Shown here: in pieces, positions 51,403-61,978 of the stretch | How positions within the stretch are numbered: position 1 is the stretch's first letter | Layout of the letters: the number at the start of each line of letters is the position of its first letter | Source: Candidatus Margulisiibacteriota bacterium | GTDB lineage: Bacteria > Margulisbacteria > Marinamargulisbacteria > JBFWNS01 | Direction of reading: 5' to 3' | Length of the DNA: 64,000 bases | NCBI GenBank assembly: GCA_050250935.1 | Contig: JBFWNS010000006.1 | Coordinates: forward strand, 64,001 to 128,000 | Position numbers and translations under genes: made by a program | Notes under the pieces: model-generated | What the model was told of the DNA's origin: nothing | Databases searched by the model: none | What the model saw: the letters and a program-made list of their open reading frames with translations, nothing else

Positions 51403-52170
51403 ATGATGAAGCGATCGATTTGGATTTTGGTTTTGTTTTTGGGTTTTGGTTTTTATTCCAGTGTCCAGGCCCAGGTTTTTATTTTGGATTTGCCAGGGTA
51501 CCCCTTGAACCCAGGGTTTAACAATCAGCTGAACTTTAATCAAAATAGCCAAGGTGGTAATACGGTTCTGAACGACACCCAGTGGTCGTTTCGGACAGAC
51601 TATGTCAGCACTGGCAACCGGGTGGTGGTGGCTTGGAATTCGGAATATGGGGTTCAAAGTGGGGCCGTTTATGCCAACAAAGGGACCTTCGGCATTCGCA
51701 ATGTTGGCTCCATTTCGGGTCTTTTTGATCTGGAGCTGATGCTCTCCAATCAATACAATTATCCCCAACAAATCCAAAACCGGTTTATGGCTGGGGGTGG
51801 GATTCGGATGATCCTTTTGGGCACCCAAGATCAAGCCGCTACGGTTAATTTGAGTTTGGGGCTGGGGGCTTTAAATGAAAACCAGACCTTTGTGGCGGGG
51901 GGTACGAAGCAAGAAACCCGTTTGGTGAATTATTTGGCGTGGCTGTGGAATATCAATAGCAACCTGACTTTTAATTCGTCCTTGCAAACCTTGGTGAATG
52001 TGACGCAGTTTTCTGATTTCAGACAAAACGCTGTTTTGAAACTCACCTGTCAGTTAACCAGCAATTTGGCCTTGAATTCCCAATTCGATTACCAATACAA
52101 CAGCCAACCCCAATCGGGGGTTTTGCCAACGGATACCCATTTTAGCAATGGGGTTACCTGGACTTTTTAA
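51403..52170 (+). CDS. Outer-membrane beta-barrel, DUF481/YdiY-like
   Basis: Signal peptide, amphipathic strands, YQYNSQP..DTHFSNGVTWTF ending in Phe. Confidence 0.75.
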   Translation: MMKRSIWILVLFLGFGFYSSVQAQVFILDLPGYPLNPGFNNQLNFNQNSQGGNTVLNDTQWSFRTDYVSTGNRVVVAWNSEYGVQSGAVYANKGTFGIRNVGSISGLFDLELMLSNQYNYPQQIQNRFMAGGGIRMILLGTQDQAATVNLSLGLGALNENQTFVAGGTKQETRLVNYLAWLWNINSNLTFNSSLQTLVNVTQFSDFRQNAVLKLTCQLTSNLALNSQFDYQYNSQPQSGVLPTDTHFSNGVTWTF

Positions 52171-52709
52171 GAGATGTTAAAGGCGAAAAAAGCCCCAGAT
52201 GATGATCGTTGATCCCCAAAGGTTTGTTTGGCAGCCAGTCTGTCGACCTTAAGTTCGTCTAAAAACTGTTTATAGCTGGGTTCGGATTCTGGGATCATGG
52301 TTAACATAAAATAGAGTCTTTGGTTGCGGTCCCAAGTGGGTTTAGGTTCGGTTTTAAGCGTGGGATCTAGAAAGTTTTGTTTTAAGTATTCAATAATGGC
52401 GTCTGGAGATTTCGGGACCAGATAGCCCAAGATATGAAAAAAATGCATGGTTGCGTCGCTTTTCCAGATTTCTGGGCGAACCAAAAAAGCAATCAATCGC
52501 TCGGCCAGGGTTTCGGCGTAGGTTTTGTCCATGCTGGTTAGAACCCCAAGGACATCGTAAAAAATGGATTGAGATTGTGCCCAAATTTGTTTTTTCGGGA
52601 ATCTGTCAGCTTCTAGTGCGCTTAGCCTTTCATTAAGGTATTCGTATCGAAAATTGTGGTCTTTTTGAGAGGGGATTGTGGGGATGCAGGGCAAATATTT
52701 GTGTTGCAT
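52167..52709 (-). CDS. Hypothetical protein
   Basis: Only long ORF in the gap; start uncertain (52709 or 52781). Confidence 0.55.
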   Translation of the reverse strand: MQHKYLPCIPTIPSQKDHNFRYEYLNERLSALEADRFPKKQIWAQSQSIFYDVLGVLTSMDKTYAETLAERLIAFLVRPEIWKSDATMHFFHILGYLVPKSPDAIIEYLKQNFLDPTLKTEPKPTWDRNQRLYFMLTMIPESEPSYKQFLDELKVDRLAAKQTFGDQRSSSGAFFAFNIS

Positions 52710-52791
52710 GGATAGTTGTCGATTAGAGGCGGAAAAAATTTCAAAAAACTGATATGCTGGAACCCTTAGTTTTTTTACCAAGGAGATGGTT

Positions 52792-53310
52792 ATGTCGTTT
52801 TCTGTTTACGAGATCAGTGTTCCTGCCTTTTTGAGGGGGTTGGATGCGTTGTCTGGGTTGCTTGATAAGGTTAAAATCCACGCCGAAGCCAAAAAAATCG
52901 ATCCCACCGTGTTGTTACAAACCCGATTGATTCCCGATCAATTTCCCTTGGCCAAGCAAATTCAAATTGCCACCGACACGGCCAAATTGTTTGTGCCGCG
53001 TTTAACCGGGGTTCAGGCGCCTGCGTTTCAGGACACCGAAACCACCCTCGACGAGTTCCAAGCCCGTATTCAAACCACGGTTGATTTTCTTAAAACCCTC
53101 AAGCCAGAGCAATTTGATGGCTGGGAAACCAAAACCGTTTCGTTTCCTTGGAAGCCGGGGCAATATATCGACGCTCCCGACTATGTGTTGCAATATGCCC
53201 TTCCCAATTTTTATTTCCACGTCACCACGGCCTATTCTATTTTGAGGGCTTCTGGTGTTGAAATTGGCAAAAGCGATTATTTGCGGGTGAATTGGAAAGC
53301 AGCATCATGA
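52792..53310 (+). CDS. DUF1993 (DinB-like) protein
   Basis: RLIPDQFPL..QIQ, ALPNFYFHVTTAYSILR..GVEIGKSDY; SD AGGAG. Confidence 0.88.
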   Translation: MSFSVYEISVPAFLRGLDALSGLLDKVKIHAEAKKIDPTVLLQTRLIPDQFPLAKQIQIATDTAKLFVPRLTGVQAPAFQDTETTLDEFQARIQTTVDFLKTLKPEQFDGWETKTVSFPWKPGQYIDAPDYVLQYALPNFYFHVTTAYSILRASGVEIGKSDYLRVNWKAAS

Positions 53311-54614
53311 GTTTGTTTTCAACCTATGGACTTTCTCCAGATTTGTTGGCGGCCATCGAGGCCAGTGGGTATGTCACCCCAACCCCCATTCAAGAACAAG
53401 CTTTGCCTGTGGTTTTGGCTGGTCAAGATGTGATGGGCTTGGCCCAGACGGGTACGGGGAAAACCGCTGCTTTTGTGTTGCCCATGTTGCAGCGATTTTT
53501 GAAAGGCCCCAAAGGCAAGGTTCGGGGTCTCATTATTGCCCCCACCCGAGAATTGGCCGAGCAAATTCACGAAACCATCCGGGCTTTGGGCAAGCGGACC
53601 GGCATTCGAAGCGTTACGGTTTATGGGGGTGTGAACATCAACACCCAAATTCGCAACCTTCGACAAGGGGCCGATATCGTGGTGGCTTGTCCGGGTCGGT
53701 TGTTGGACCATTTGGGCCAAGGAACCTTGTCTTTGGATGGCATCGAGGTGCTGGTGTTGGACGAGGCCGACCACATGTTCGACATGGGGTTTTTACCGGA
53801 TATCCGCCGGGTTCTTAAACAAGTTCCTGCGGTTCGCCAAACCCTGCTGTTTTCGGCCACCATGCCCGAAGATATTCGCCGGCTGGCCAACGCCATTTTG
53901 AAAAACCCGGTTATTCTGGAAGTCAGCAATACCCGCCCAGTAGATGCCATTACCCATGCGATTTTTCCGGTCAAAAGCCATTTGAAAACCGATTTGTTGT
54001 TTGCCTTACTCAAACGTACCGATACAAAATCCATTTTGATTTTTACCAAAACCAAACACCGGGCCAAAAGCCTTGATTTAAAGCTTCAAAGTTTGGGCTA
54101 TAAAAGCGCTTCTTTGCAAGGCAATTTGTCCCAAAACCGACGCCAAGAAGCTTTGAATGGATTTCGAACGGGTCAGTATCAAATTATGGTGGCCACCGAC
54201 ATCGCAGCCCGAGGCATCGACATTTCTTTGGTGTCTCATGTGATTAACTACGATGTTCCCGATACCCCAGAAGCCTATACCCACCGGATTGGCCGAACGG
54301 GTCGTGCGTCGCGTACGGGCGATGCGTTTACGTTTGTAACCCCAGAAGATTCCGGGGCGTTGCGGGGCATTGAACGCCGGTTGGGTGCGCCGATTCCCAA
54401 ACAGTTCATCGACGATTTTAACTATGATGCCTTGCCCGATAAAAAGCCCGAGTTTCCCCGTGCCCCAAGGCCGCCTAGAGGTCCTGGAAAAAGCCGCCGT
54501 CAGTCCTCTGGTTTTTCTGGAAAATCTGATAACCCGCGTTCATCCCATTCATCAAACGGGCCCCGAAAACCGGGTTCTTCGAACAAGCCGAAACCCAAAC
54601 CCAGGTTCCGCTAG
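53307..54614 (+). CDS. DEAD-box RNA helicase, RhlE-like
   Basis: PTPIQ, AQTGTGKT, PTRELA, DEAD, SAT, ARGID, HRIGRTGR, basic tail. Confidence 0.95.
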   Translation: MSLFSTYGLSPDLLAAIEASGYVTPTPIQEQALPVVLAGQDVMGLAQTGTGKTAAFVLPMLQRFLKGPKGKVRGLIIAPTRELAEQIHETIRALGKRTGIRSVTVYGGVNINTQIRNLRQGADIVVACPGRLLDHLGQGTLSLDGIEVLVLDEADHMFDMGFLPDIRRVLKQVPAVRQTLLFSATMPEDIRRLANAILKNPVILEVSNTRPVDAITHAIFPVKSHLKTDLLFALLKRTDTKSILIFTKTKHRAKSLDLKLQSLGYKSASLQGNLSQNRRQEALNGFRTGQYQIMVATDIAARGIDISLVSHVINYDVPDTPEAYTHRIGRTGRASRTGDAFTFVTPEDSGALRGIERRLGAPIPKQFIDDFNYDALPDKKPEFPRAPRPPRGPGKSRRQSSGFSGKSDNPRSSHSSNGPRKPGSSNKPKPKPRFR

Positions 54615-55129
54615 TGCCCCGCTTTGTTGCGTTTTTGCGGGGCATTAATGTGGGGGGGCATCATCAAATTCGAATGCCCGATTTAAAAGCCAGTTTTGAA
54701 GCCCTTGGGTTTGAGGACGTTAAAACCATTTTGCAAACCGGAAACGTTGTGTTTTCCACTGCCGAAACGGACAGTCTGAGCCTGAAACCCACCCTCGAAG
54801 CGGGATTGTCCAGCCGATTTAATTACGATGCCAAGGTGATTGTTCGATCCTATGACGATGTGCGGGCAATAGCGCAAGCCATGCCCTTTCCACCTGCCGA
54901 AGACAAACACAATTATGTGGTTTTTTTGGATACGCCAGACTTGGCGGAAAGCCTGCTTCAAACCCCAATGGATGGGGATGTAGAAGCCCTGGCTTCTGGC
55001 GATGGCGTGGTGTACTGGCGTGTGGACCGTGGCATGACCCTTAAAAGTGCCGTCGCCAAACAACTGGCAAAATCGAGCTTTAAGGCGCATAATACAGTAC
55101 GAAATGTTAAGACTTTACTAAAATTGTAA
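54614..55129 (+). CDS. DUF1697 protein
   Basis: FLRGINVGG, VKTILQTGNVVF, TVRN. Confidence 0.88.
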   Translation: MPRFVAFLRGINVGGHHQIRMPDLKASFEALGFEDVKTILQTGNVVFSTAETDSLSLKPTLEAGLSSRFNYDAKVIVRSYDDVRAIAQAMPFPPAEDKHNYVVFLDTPDLAESLLQTPMDGDVEALASGDGVVYWRVDRGMTLKSAVAKQLAKSSFKAHNTVRNVKTLLKL

Positions 55130-55135
55130 TGGGAG

Positions 55136-55486
55136 ATGGGTGCTTTGCCTTACGATCCAGGATTGGCTGAACGACTAAAAGATTTGCTTGGCGGACGGCC
55201 AGATATGATGGAAAAAAAGATGTTTGGCGGTATTGGGTGGATGTTGGGCGGTAATATGTGTGTTGGCGTGTACAAAGAGTGGTTGATTGTTCGGGTGGGT
55301 GAAGGCTTGAAAGACTTGTTAAACAACCCTACTTTGAATGCCCATGCGAAAGCCATGGACATTACCGGAAAACCCATGAAAGGGTGGGGCATGGTTGCTC
55401 CCGAAGGGGTTGCCGAAGACGATCAACTGGCCGAATGGACCCAAAGGGCCATCGACTTTGTTCAAACCCTCCCTGTGAAAGCCTAG
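55136..55486 (+). CDS. TfoX/Sxy N-terminal domain protein
   Basis: EKKMFGG, GNMCVG, LIVRVG, PMKGW. Confidence 0.85.
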   Translation: MGALPYDPGLAERLKDLLGGRPDMMEKKMFGGIGWMLGGNMCVGVYKEWLIVRVGEGLKDLLNNPTLNAHAKAMDITGKPMKGWGMVAPEGVAEDDQLAEWTQRAIDFVQTLPVKA

Positions 55487-55489
55487 GGG

Positions 55490-56785
55490 ATGGGTAGGCT
55501 TAAAAAAAAATTATCGGTTCGTTCTAGGCAACTGGTTTATCACCTTTTTTATGGCATTGCGGCCGTGCTGACGGGGTTGGTTTCGGTTGGCTATGCCAAA
55601 TCGTTTCATTATGCCGAACATGTGTTTTGGAAGCTTCAATCGGCTCACCCCCACATTGCCTTTGTCTTGACCCCCCTGTGTTTTGTGGTGGGGTGGTGGT
55701 TGGTTAAAACCTTTGCCCCCATGGCCGCTGGTAGTGGCTTGCCCCAGGTGGCCTATGCCGCCGAACTTCCCGAACCTGAAAAGGTTCCGATTGTGCATCA
55801 GATTTTTAGTTTTAAGGCCATGGTCATCAAAATTGTCAGTTCGATTTGCTGTGCATTTGGCGGTGGCGCTATGGGCCGAGAAGGGCCAACAGCCCAACTG
55901 GCTGGTGGGATCTTTTTTCAGATGGGCCGATTGTTTAAACTCAAAATAGGAAAAACCAAAATAGACAATTGGGTGGTTGCAGGGGCTGCCTCTGGCATTG
56001 CGGCTGCCTTTAATACCCCTTTGGGCGGGATTGTGTTTGCCATTGAAGAATTGTCCAGGAATCACCTTAAACAATTTCGCTCGATTTTGATGATTTCTGT
56101 GATTTTGGGCGGTTTGACCAGCCAGGTGTTGTTGGGACCCTATTTGTTGTTGGGCTATCCGGTGGTTAACCCTGGGGGGTGGACGAATGTCATTTGGGCG
56201 GTTGGTATTGGGGCCTTGTTGGGGGTTTTGGGGGCTGTCGTTACCCATGGTTTGTGGCTGGTTTTGGAACTTAAACGCAAAATAAAATGGGGACGCTACG
56301 AAATTTTGGTGCCCCTATGCTGTGGGTTGGTGATTGCGGCTACGGCCTCTGTCTTGGGCAACGAAACCTTTGGCTCTGGATTTGAATTGCTTCGGCGGTT
56401 GCTGTTTGATGCCTCGTATACCGTGACTTGGCAAGACATCGTGGCTCGGGTCATTAGTCCGTTTGTGTCCTATTTATCGGGGGCTTCTGGGGGTGTTTTT
56501 GCCCCAATTTTGGCCATTGGCGGTACCATTGCCGGCTTGATTGGCCAATGGTTTAACCCCGAAAATGTGCATTTGATGGTGTTGATGGGTATGATTGGCA
56601 CCCTAACCGGTTTGACCCGCGCCCCTTTGACCTCGTTTGTGTTGGTGTTTGAAATGACAGATCGACATACCTTGATTTTTCCGTTGTTGGTTGCGGCCAT
56701 CTCGGCGACCTTGGTGACCCAATGGGTGATCAAAAAATCCTTCTATGATTTGATTAAAGAAGGCTTGGAAGAGCGATATACTTAG
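55490..56785 (+). CDS. ClC-family chloride transporter (no CBS domains)
   Basis: GSGLP, GREGP gating Glu, AAFNTPLGG, FAIEE, GGVFAP. Confidence 0.92.
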   Translation: MGRLKKKLSVRSRQLVYHLFYGIAAVLTGLVSVGYAKSFHYAEHVFWKLQSAHPHIAFVLTPLCFVVGWWLVKTFAPMAAGSGLPQVAYAAELPEPEKVPIVHQIFSFKAMVIKIVSSICCAFGGGAMGREGPTAQLAGGIFFQMGRLFKLKIGKTKIDNWVVAGAASGIAAAFNTPLGGIVFAIEELSRNHLKQFRSILMISVILGGLTSQVLLGPYLLLGYPVVNPGGWTNVIWAVGIGALLGVLGAVVTHGLWLVLELKRKIKWGRYEILVPLCCGLVIAATASVLGNETFGSGFELLRRLLFDASYTVTWQDIVARVISPFVSYLSGASGGVFAPILAIGGTIAGLIGQWFNPENVHLMVLMGMIGTLTGLTRAPLTSFVLVFEMTDRHTLIFPLLVAAISATLVTQWVIKKSFYDLIKEGLEERYT

Positions 56786-56804
56786 ACTTTAAGGGAGAGA
56801 ATAC

Positions 56805-57527
56805 ATGAAACTTTGGCTAATGATGGTTGCAGTACTGGCGATGTTGGGTGGGACGGTGGTTGCCGCGCCTTCTCCTGTGGCCCCTGTGTCGGTGGTGAAG
56901 GGCATTGATATTTCCAAGTTTCAGGGCGATTTGATCGGACATTTGGGCGATCGTCCCGACATTCGGTTTATTCTTTGTAAAGCAACCGAGGGCTTGGACT
57001 ATGTTGACCCTGACTTCCGAAAAAACTGGCGGGCCATCGAAAGCCAAGGCAAGGTTCGTGGGGCCTATCATTTTTTTCATGTTCAAGACGACCCCATTTT
57101 GCAGGCCGATGCCTATATTAAGGCCCTTAATTCTTGGTGGTTGTTGTGGCATCGGGGACTTAAATCCAAGGATTTGCCCCCGGTTGTGGATATCGAGCGT
57201 GCCAGCTTAAAAGGACCCGTGGATATTGCCGAATTGCACAAGCGCTTGTTGGCTTTTTTGAATCGAATCGAGGCTAAAACGGGGCGTCGGCCTATTTTGT
57301 ACACCAATGGTTATTTTGCGGACATCTATTTGGTGAACCCGGCTTTTGCCAAATATCCGCTTTGGTTGGCAGACTATACCAATCAAGATCAGCCCACGGT
57401 TCCCAAGACCTGGCAAACGGTTGGGTATCGGTTGTGGCAAAAAAGCGAGTCGTACACCCTGGATTCTCAAGCTGTCGATTTTGATGTGTTTAATGGCACC
57501 GAAGCCGAGTTCAAAAAGGGCTTTTAG
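56805..57527 (+). CDS. Secreted GH25 muramidase
   Basis: Signal peptide, GIDISKFQG, KATEG, GAYHF, DIE, WLADY, WQ, VDFD. Confidence 0.92.
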   Translation: MKLWLMMVAVLAMLGGTVVAAPSPVAPVSVVKGIDISKFQGDLIGHLGDRPDIRFILCKATEGLDYVDPDFRKNWRAIESQGKVRGAYHFFHVQDDPILQADAYIKALNSWWLLWHRGLKSKDLPPVVDIERASLKGPVDIAELHKRLLAFLNRIEAKTGRRPILYTNGYFADIYLVNPAFAKYPLWLADYTNQDQPTVPKTWQTVGYRLWQKSESYTLDSQAVDFDVFNGTEAEFKKGF

Positions 57528-58300
57528 TGGCTCAACACCCCCTTCTTGCGCCCATTAAAACGGCCCTTGTTCCCCTTCAAGACAAGCTTCGTAACCATCC
57601 CGTTTATGCGGCTTTAAACACCCCAGCCGAGTTGATGGTGTTTATGAACCACCATGTTTATTCGGTGTGGGATTTTATGAATTTGCTGAAGACCCTTCAG
57701 GCTGCCTTAACCTGTGTGTCTGTTCCCTGGCGTCCAGTGCTTCATCCTGACAATGCCCGCTTGATCAACGAAATTGTCCTTGAAGAAGAAAGTGATCACA
57801 TTAACGGGGCCACCACCAGCCATTTTGCTTTTTATGTGTCGGCGTTGCAGGCTTTGGACACCGGCAGTGGGATTGGGACTTTTGTGGGGCATCTGCAAGC
57901 AGGGTTGCCCTATACATCTTTAATCGAATTACCTGAAGTTCCCACAGGGGCTAAACCGTTTTTGAGGACAACCTTCGATTTGATTCAAGGTCCCTTGGTG
58001 GGCGTGGCCTCGGCCTTTACCTTTGGTCGAGAATCCCTGATTCCCACCCTGTTTTCCCAGCTGGTTAGCCAAGCGGCTGTGGCCGAAGATCCGGCATTAT
58101 CGACCTTTATGGACTACATTCACCGACATATCGAGCTGGATGGGGATGTACATTCCCACCTGGCCGAAACCATGACAGCCAACCTGATTCAAACCCCAGC
58201 CGATGTCGAGGTCGCCATTGCAGCGGCCACCCAAGCTTTGGCCGCCAGACTGGGACTTTGGGATGCCATTTATGCAGCTTTAAAGGAGCAAAAACCATGA
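57527..58300 (+). CDS. DUF3050 heme-oxygenase-like protein
   Basis: HHVYSVWDFMNLLK, INEIVLEEESD, SHF, GRESLIP, RHIELDGDVH. Confidence 0.88.
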   Translation: MAQHPLLAPIKTALVPLQDKLRNHPVYAALNTPAELMVFMNHHVYSVWDFMNLLKTLQAALTCVSVPWRPVLHPDNARLINEIVLEEESDHINGATTSHFAFYVSALQALDTGSGIGTFVGHLQAGLPYTSLIELPEVPTGAKPFLRTTFDLIQGPLVGVASAFTFGRESLIPTLFSQLVSQAAVAEDPALSTFMDYIHRHIELDGDVHSHLAETMTANLIQTPADVEVAIAAATQALAARLGLWDAIYAALKEQKP

Positions 58301-58662
58301 AACTTTGGATTCGAATCGCGGGCGTTTTGGGGTTTTTGGGGGTGGCTTTGGGGGCGTTTGGGGCCCATGCTTTGAAAGCCACGTTTTCTGGGGACCAAAC
58401 GCAGGTGTATCAAACGGCGGTACACTATCAGCTTGTCCATTGTTTGGCCTTGTTGGCCTATGGGGTTTGGGCAGAAAATAAGTCGGTTTCGGCTTGGCCA
58501 GCCTGGTGTTTTGCTGGGGGAATTGTGGTTTTTTCGGGGAGTTTGTATCTGTTGGCTTTAACCCAAATCAAGTGGTTGGGTGCCATCACCCCGATGGGCG
58601 GGGTGATGTTCCTTTTGGGGTGGATAGGCCTTTTTGTGCAGGCTGGCTCTGCAAAAACCTAG
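58297..58662 (+). CDS. DUF423 membrane protein
   Basis: GAFGAH, YQLVH, FSGSLY, ITPMGG. Confidence 0.9.
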   Translation: MKLWIRIAGVLGFLGVALGAFGAHALKATFSGDQTQVYQTAVHYQLVHCLALLAYGVWAENKSVSAWPAWCFAGGIVVFSGSLYLLALTQIKWLGAITPMGGVMFLLGWIGLFVQAGSAKT

Positions 58663-59219
58663 TCGCGGTCTTCGTCGGTTTGTTCGAGCTGGGTTTTGAG
58701 GTTGTTCAGGCTGTTGTCAAACTGGGTAATCATTTCCTTTTCTTGGCCGCAGCACAGGCTCATTACAAAATGAACCGCGTTAAGGGGGAAGGGCATTTTG
58801 CAGTCGATACCCATGACGACTTTGGTGTGTGTTTCGCCGATGGGTGTGGTTGTCATAAATGAATCGAATTGTGTTTTAAACGGTTTTGTAAACCGAATCT
58901 CGGTGTCCAAGCGTTCGTTAAGGGTGATGGCTTTGATTTCTTGTTCGCCAGTGCCAACATTTTTGTTGGTGCTTTCCCAAGAGGTCACATAACCAACCGT
59001 TCCATCGGTGCCCTTGGCATCGGTTTTCATGGTGGGGTCCATCAGCATCCAGGCATTCCAGGTGTTGCTGTTTTGAAGCAAGGTAATATAAGAAAACACA
59101 TCGGCAACAGGTCGATCGATGACAATTTCTCGCTCCAAGTGATAGTTTCTTGGGGCTAAAAGTCCAAGGCCAGCAACCAGAACGATCAACACCAACACAA
59201 TACGCAGTGCAATTTTCAT
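58659..59219 (-). CDS. SRPBCC/polyketide-cyclase-family protein
   Basis: N-terminal anchor, EREIVID, WNAW, GTVG...SWES, GTGEQEI, RFTKPF, LNNLK. Confidence 0.85.
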   Translation of the reverse strand: MKIALRIVLVLIVLVAGLGLLAPRNYHLEREIVIDRPVADVFSYITLLQNSNTWNAWMLMDPTMKTDAKGTDGTVGYVTSWESTNKNVGTGEQEIKAITLNERLDTEIRFTKPFKTQFDSFMTTTPIGETHTKVVMGIDCKMPFPLNAVHFVMSLCCGQEKEMITQFDNSLNNLKTQLEQTDEDRD

Positions 59220-59310
59220 GGGGAAAATCCTTTCCAAATCTGGGGATGGCCTATGGTGTTCTTTTTTTGAGAATTTGTCTAGTTTTTTTGTCTGAATCGG
59301 GTTTGTGGGG

Positions 59311-60696
59311 TTATCGAATTCGGAACGCAGCCACCGAGGCCATCGCTGCAAAGACAGCGCCCACCACAAAGGCCCAATGATAGCCACTGGTTAGGGCCGA
59401 TAAAACGGGGGTACCAAGGCTTAAGACCGCTTCATATCGCGCAGCGGAGATACTGGCTAGGATGGCCAACCCCAAAGCGCCCCCCATCATAAAGGCTGTG
59501 TTGACCACGCCGGAAGCCAGCCCTGATTCGTGTTCGGGCACCCCGTTCATGGCGGCCAATAAGAGCGGGTTCAAGGCGGTTCCACCTCCCAGTCCCAAAC
59601 ACATCATGGCAGGGAAAATATGAAGCCAAAACTGACCTTTTACGGGGGCAAAGGCAAAGAGTCCCAATCCGATGGCCACGAAAGCCATCCCCACAATAAT
59701 AGGCTTTTTAAGGCCAAACTTTCCAACCAATTTGGCCGAAATGCCCAAGGAAAACAGGGCCATGGTGATGTTGGCAGGCAAAAAAGCGAGCCCCACTTTT
59801 AGGGGCGAATACCCCAACACCATTTGCATGTAGAGGGCCGATAGAAAAAACCAGGCAAACATGCCAGCCGACCACAACACCCCAATGATATTCGCGGTTC
59901 GCAAATTTCCGAATTTAAACAAATGCAGGGGCATTAAAGGGGCTTTAACTTTGGCTTCGATGGCTAAAAACAAGGCAAACAGTCCCGCAGCCACCCCAAT
60001 GAATCCCAGGGTATGGGCCGATAGCCAGCCCATTTCGTTGCCCTTGATAATGCCATAGACCGCCAACATTAACGACGAGGTGATGGTGATGGCCCCACCC
60101 CAATCCAAGCGGTGGGGGTCGATGGCTTTGTTCCCGGCGGGAAGAAGCATCCGCACCAATAGCATCACCAAAATCCCGATGGGGACATTCACCAGAAACA
60201 CCCAGTGCCAGTTCAAGGTATTGGTTAACAACCCACCCAAAAACACCCCCACACTACCGCCACCCGCCATGACAAACCCGAAAACCCCCATGGCTTTGGC
60301 CCGTTCGGCTTCGTCGGTAAACAGATTCATAATCAAAGACAAAGCAACCGCCGAAACCACAGCCCCGCCAATGCCTTGTAAAGCTCGGGTGGCCACCAGC
60401 ATTTCTTCGCTGACGGACACCCCGCAACCCAAAGAGGCCAGGGTAAAGAGGGCTAATCCTGCAATAAACAAGCGCCGGTATCCAAACAAATCCCCCAAAC
60501 GCCCACCCAATAATAAAAACCCGCCAAAGGTTAACATGTAGGCATTAATCACCCATACCAATCCGGTTTGAGAAAACCCCAAACTGGCTTGAATCGAGGG
60601 TAAGGCCACATTGACGATGGTGGTGTCGAGTACGATCATAAAATCGCCCAGGCATAGCACGAATAAAGCCAGCCAGCGGTTGGTGGGTTTGGACAT
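59311..60696 (-). CDS. MFS drug efflux transporter, DHA2 (14-TM)
   Basis: LDTTIVNVALP, GRLGDLFGYRR, WHWVFLVNVPIG; SD AAGGAG. Confidence 0.93.
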   Translation of the reverse strand: MSKPTNRWLALFVLCLGDFMIVLDTTIVNVALPSIQASLGFSQTGLVWVINAYMLTFGGFLLLGGRLGDLFGYRRLFIAGLALFTLASLGCGVSVSEEMLVATRALQGIGGAVVSAVALSLIMNLFTDEAERAKAMGVFGFVMAGGGSVGVFLGGLLTNTLNWHWVFLVNVPIGILVMLLVRMLLPAGNKAIDPHRLDWGGAITITSSLMLAVYGIIKGNEMGWLSAHTLGFIGVAAGLFALFLAIEAKVKAPLMPLHLFKFGNLRTANIIGVLWSAGMFAWFFLSALYMQMVLGYSPLKVGLAFLPANITMALFSLGISAKLVGKFGLKKPIIVGMAFVAIGLGLFAFAPVKGQFWLHIFPAMMCLGLGGGTALNPLLLAAMNGVPEHESGLASGVVNTAFMMGGALGLAILASISAARYEAVLSLGTPVLSALTSGYHWAFVVGAVFAAMASVAAFRIR

Positions 60697-60880
60697 AGGC
60701 ACTCCTTTTGAAGCAGGAAAAATCGAAAAAAGGGTGTCAGTATAGCCTTAAAGGGGGTGTTGTGCCAATTGTGAGCCTTTGGTTTTTTGGCAGAATTTCA
60801 CTGTGTTAAAGAAATTTCTGGGATTAAAGCCTATTGTTTGGTAGTTTTGGTGAAGTTTTTGTCAAAAAAGGAAGTCTTAA

Positions 60881-61978
60881 ATGATGCACAAATTGATTAG
60901 TCTTGCTTTCTCTTCTGATGTTGCAGAACCCCTGTCTTTAGCCGCGCTTTCCCAATTGGTGTTGGCCCAACAAAATCGGTTAGCGGTTTTGGAGCAGCAG
61001 CTTGTTCAAGAAGCCACCCATGACAATGTGATTTCGGCCGCAAAAATTCTCATGAGAACCTGTGTTCAGACGCAGTTTCAACCCCAGTTTGCGTTAACCG
61101 AAGGCAGTGGGGTGGATGTTTCGAGCTTGGGCCAGGAAGTATTTAGGTTGGATTTGGATGAGTTGGGGTATCCGCGTTCCGAAGTGTCAGGGCATGAAAA
61201 ACGGTTTGTAAGGGGGTTGATGATTGAAGGGAAGCATGTGTTGGTATTACCTCGGTTTCACCCTTATGAAAAGAAAGAAAATCAGGCCTATGCAGTTGAC
61301 AATGCCCTTCGCAAAAATACATTTGGCGCTAGATTGGCCAGTTTGGTGGGGGTGGAAACCATGGTGTTTACAACAGCCTGTGGTGTGATTTATTCCCGAG
61401 AACAAGATGGACAATCCGATTTGCCAGTTCAGTTGGGCAACGTGTTTTCGATTGACCAGTTTGTTACGGTGGGGCAGACCTTTGGGGTGTTGGACCCTTC
61501 CGAGGTTTTAAAAGGGTTTTATGCAAAAGGCGTTGCTGCAAGTTCAGAATGGGGTAGTCAGTTAAAAGCCCCTCGTTCGGATCGAAATTATTTTGATTCT
61601 TTTCCCCAACCCGATAAAGATTTGTCAGCACAAGCACGGCAGGCACCGACTTTGGATGCCAAAGTGGCCATTCGTCATATTCAAACCCCTGGCCCAAATT
61701 ATGAAGAGCGTGGGGTTAAGCAGGCCTTAATGGTTTATGCCCGTCCCGGTCAGCCTGTTGCGGTGTCGATGAGCACCCAATCCGAAGCCATTGCGGCTGG
61801 GTTCTTGGGGATCAAAACAGTTGCCTTTGGTATTGCCACCAACATCGAATACGGCGATGCCGAACATAAGGCCCCCAACCATGCCGAAGTCAAAGAACAA
61901 GTCGGGCATGCAAGTTCTCGGTTAAATATCATTCTGGCAGAATTCTTTAAGGGTGCTGCTGGGCCGGTTAAGACTTAA
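60881..61978 (+). CDS. Diverged purine nucleoside phosphorylase (trimeric PNP/MTAP family)-like protein
   Basis: [38 protein letters not shown] in canonical order. Confidence 0.72.
   Translation: MMHKLISLAFSSDVAEPLSLAALSQLVLAQQNRLAVLEQQLVQEATHDNVISAAKILMRTCVQTQFQPQFALTEGSGVDVSSLGQEVFRLDLDELGYPRSEVSGHEKRFVRGLMIEGKHVLVLPRFHPYEKKENQAYAVDNALRKNTFGARLASLVGVETMVFTTACGVIYSREQDGQSDLPVQLGNVFSIDQFVTVGQTFGVLDPSEVLKGFYAKGVAASSEWGSQLKAPRSDRNYFDSFPQPDKDLSAQARQAPTLDAKVAIRHIQTPGPNYEERGVKQALMVYARPGQPVAVSMSTQSEAIAAGFLGIKTVAFGIATNIEYGDAEHKAPNHAEVKEQVGHASSRLNIILAEFFKGAAGPVKT

Noticed and set aside
56805..57527. Prophage remnant suggested by the GH25 lysozyme
   Set aside because: It has a Sec signal peptide, and there are no holin, structural or integrase genes nearby.
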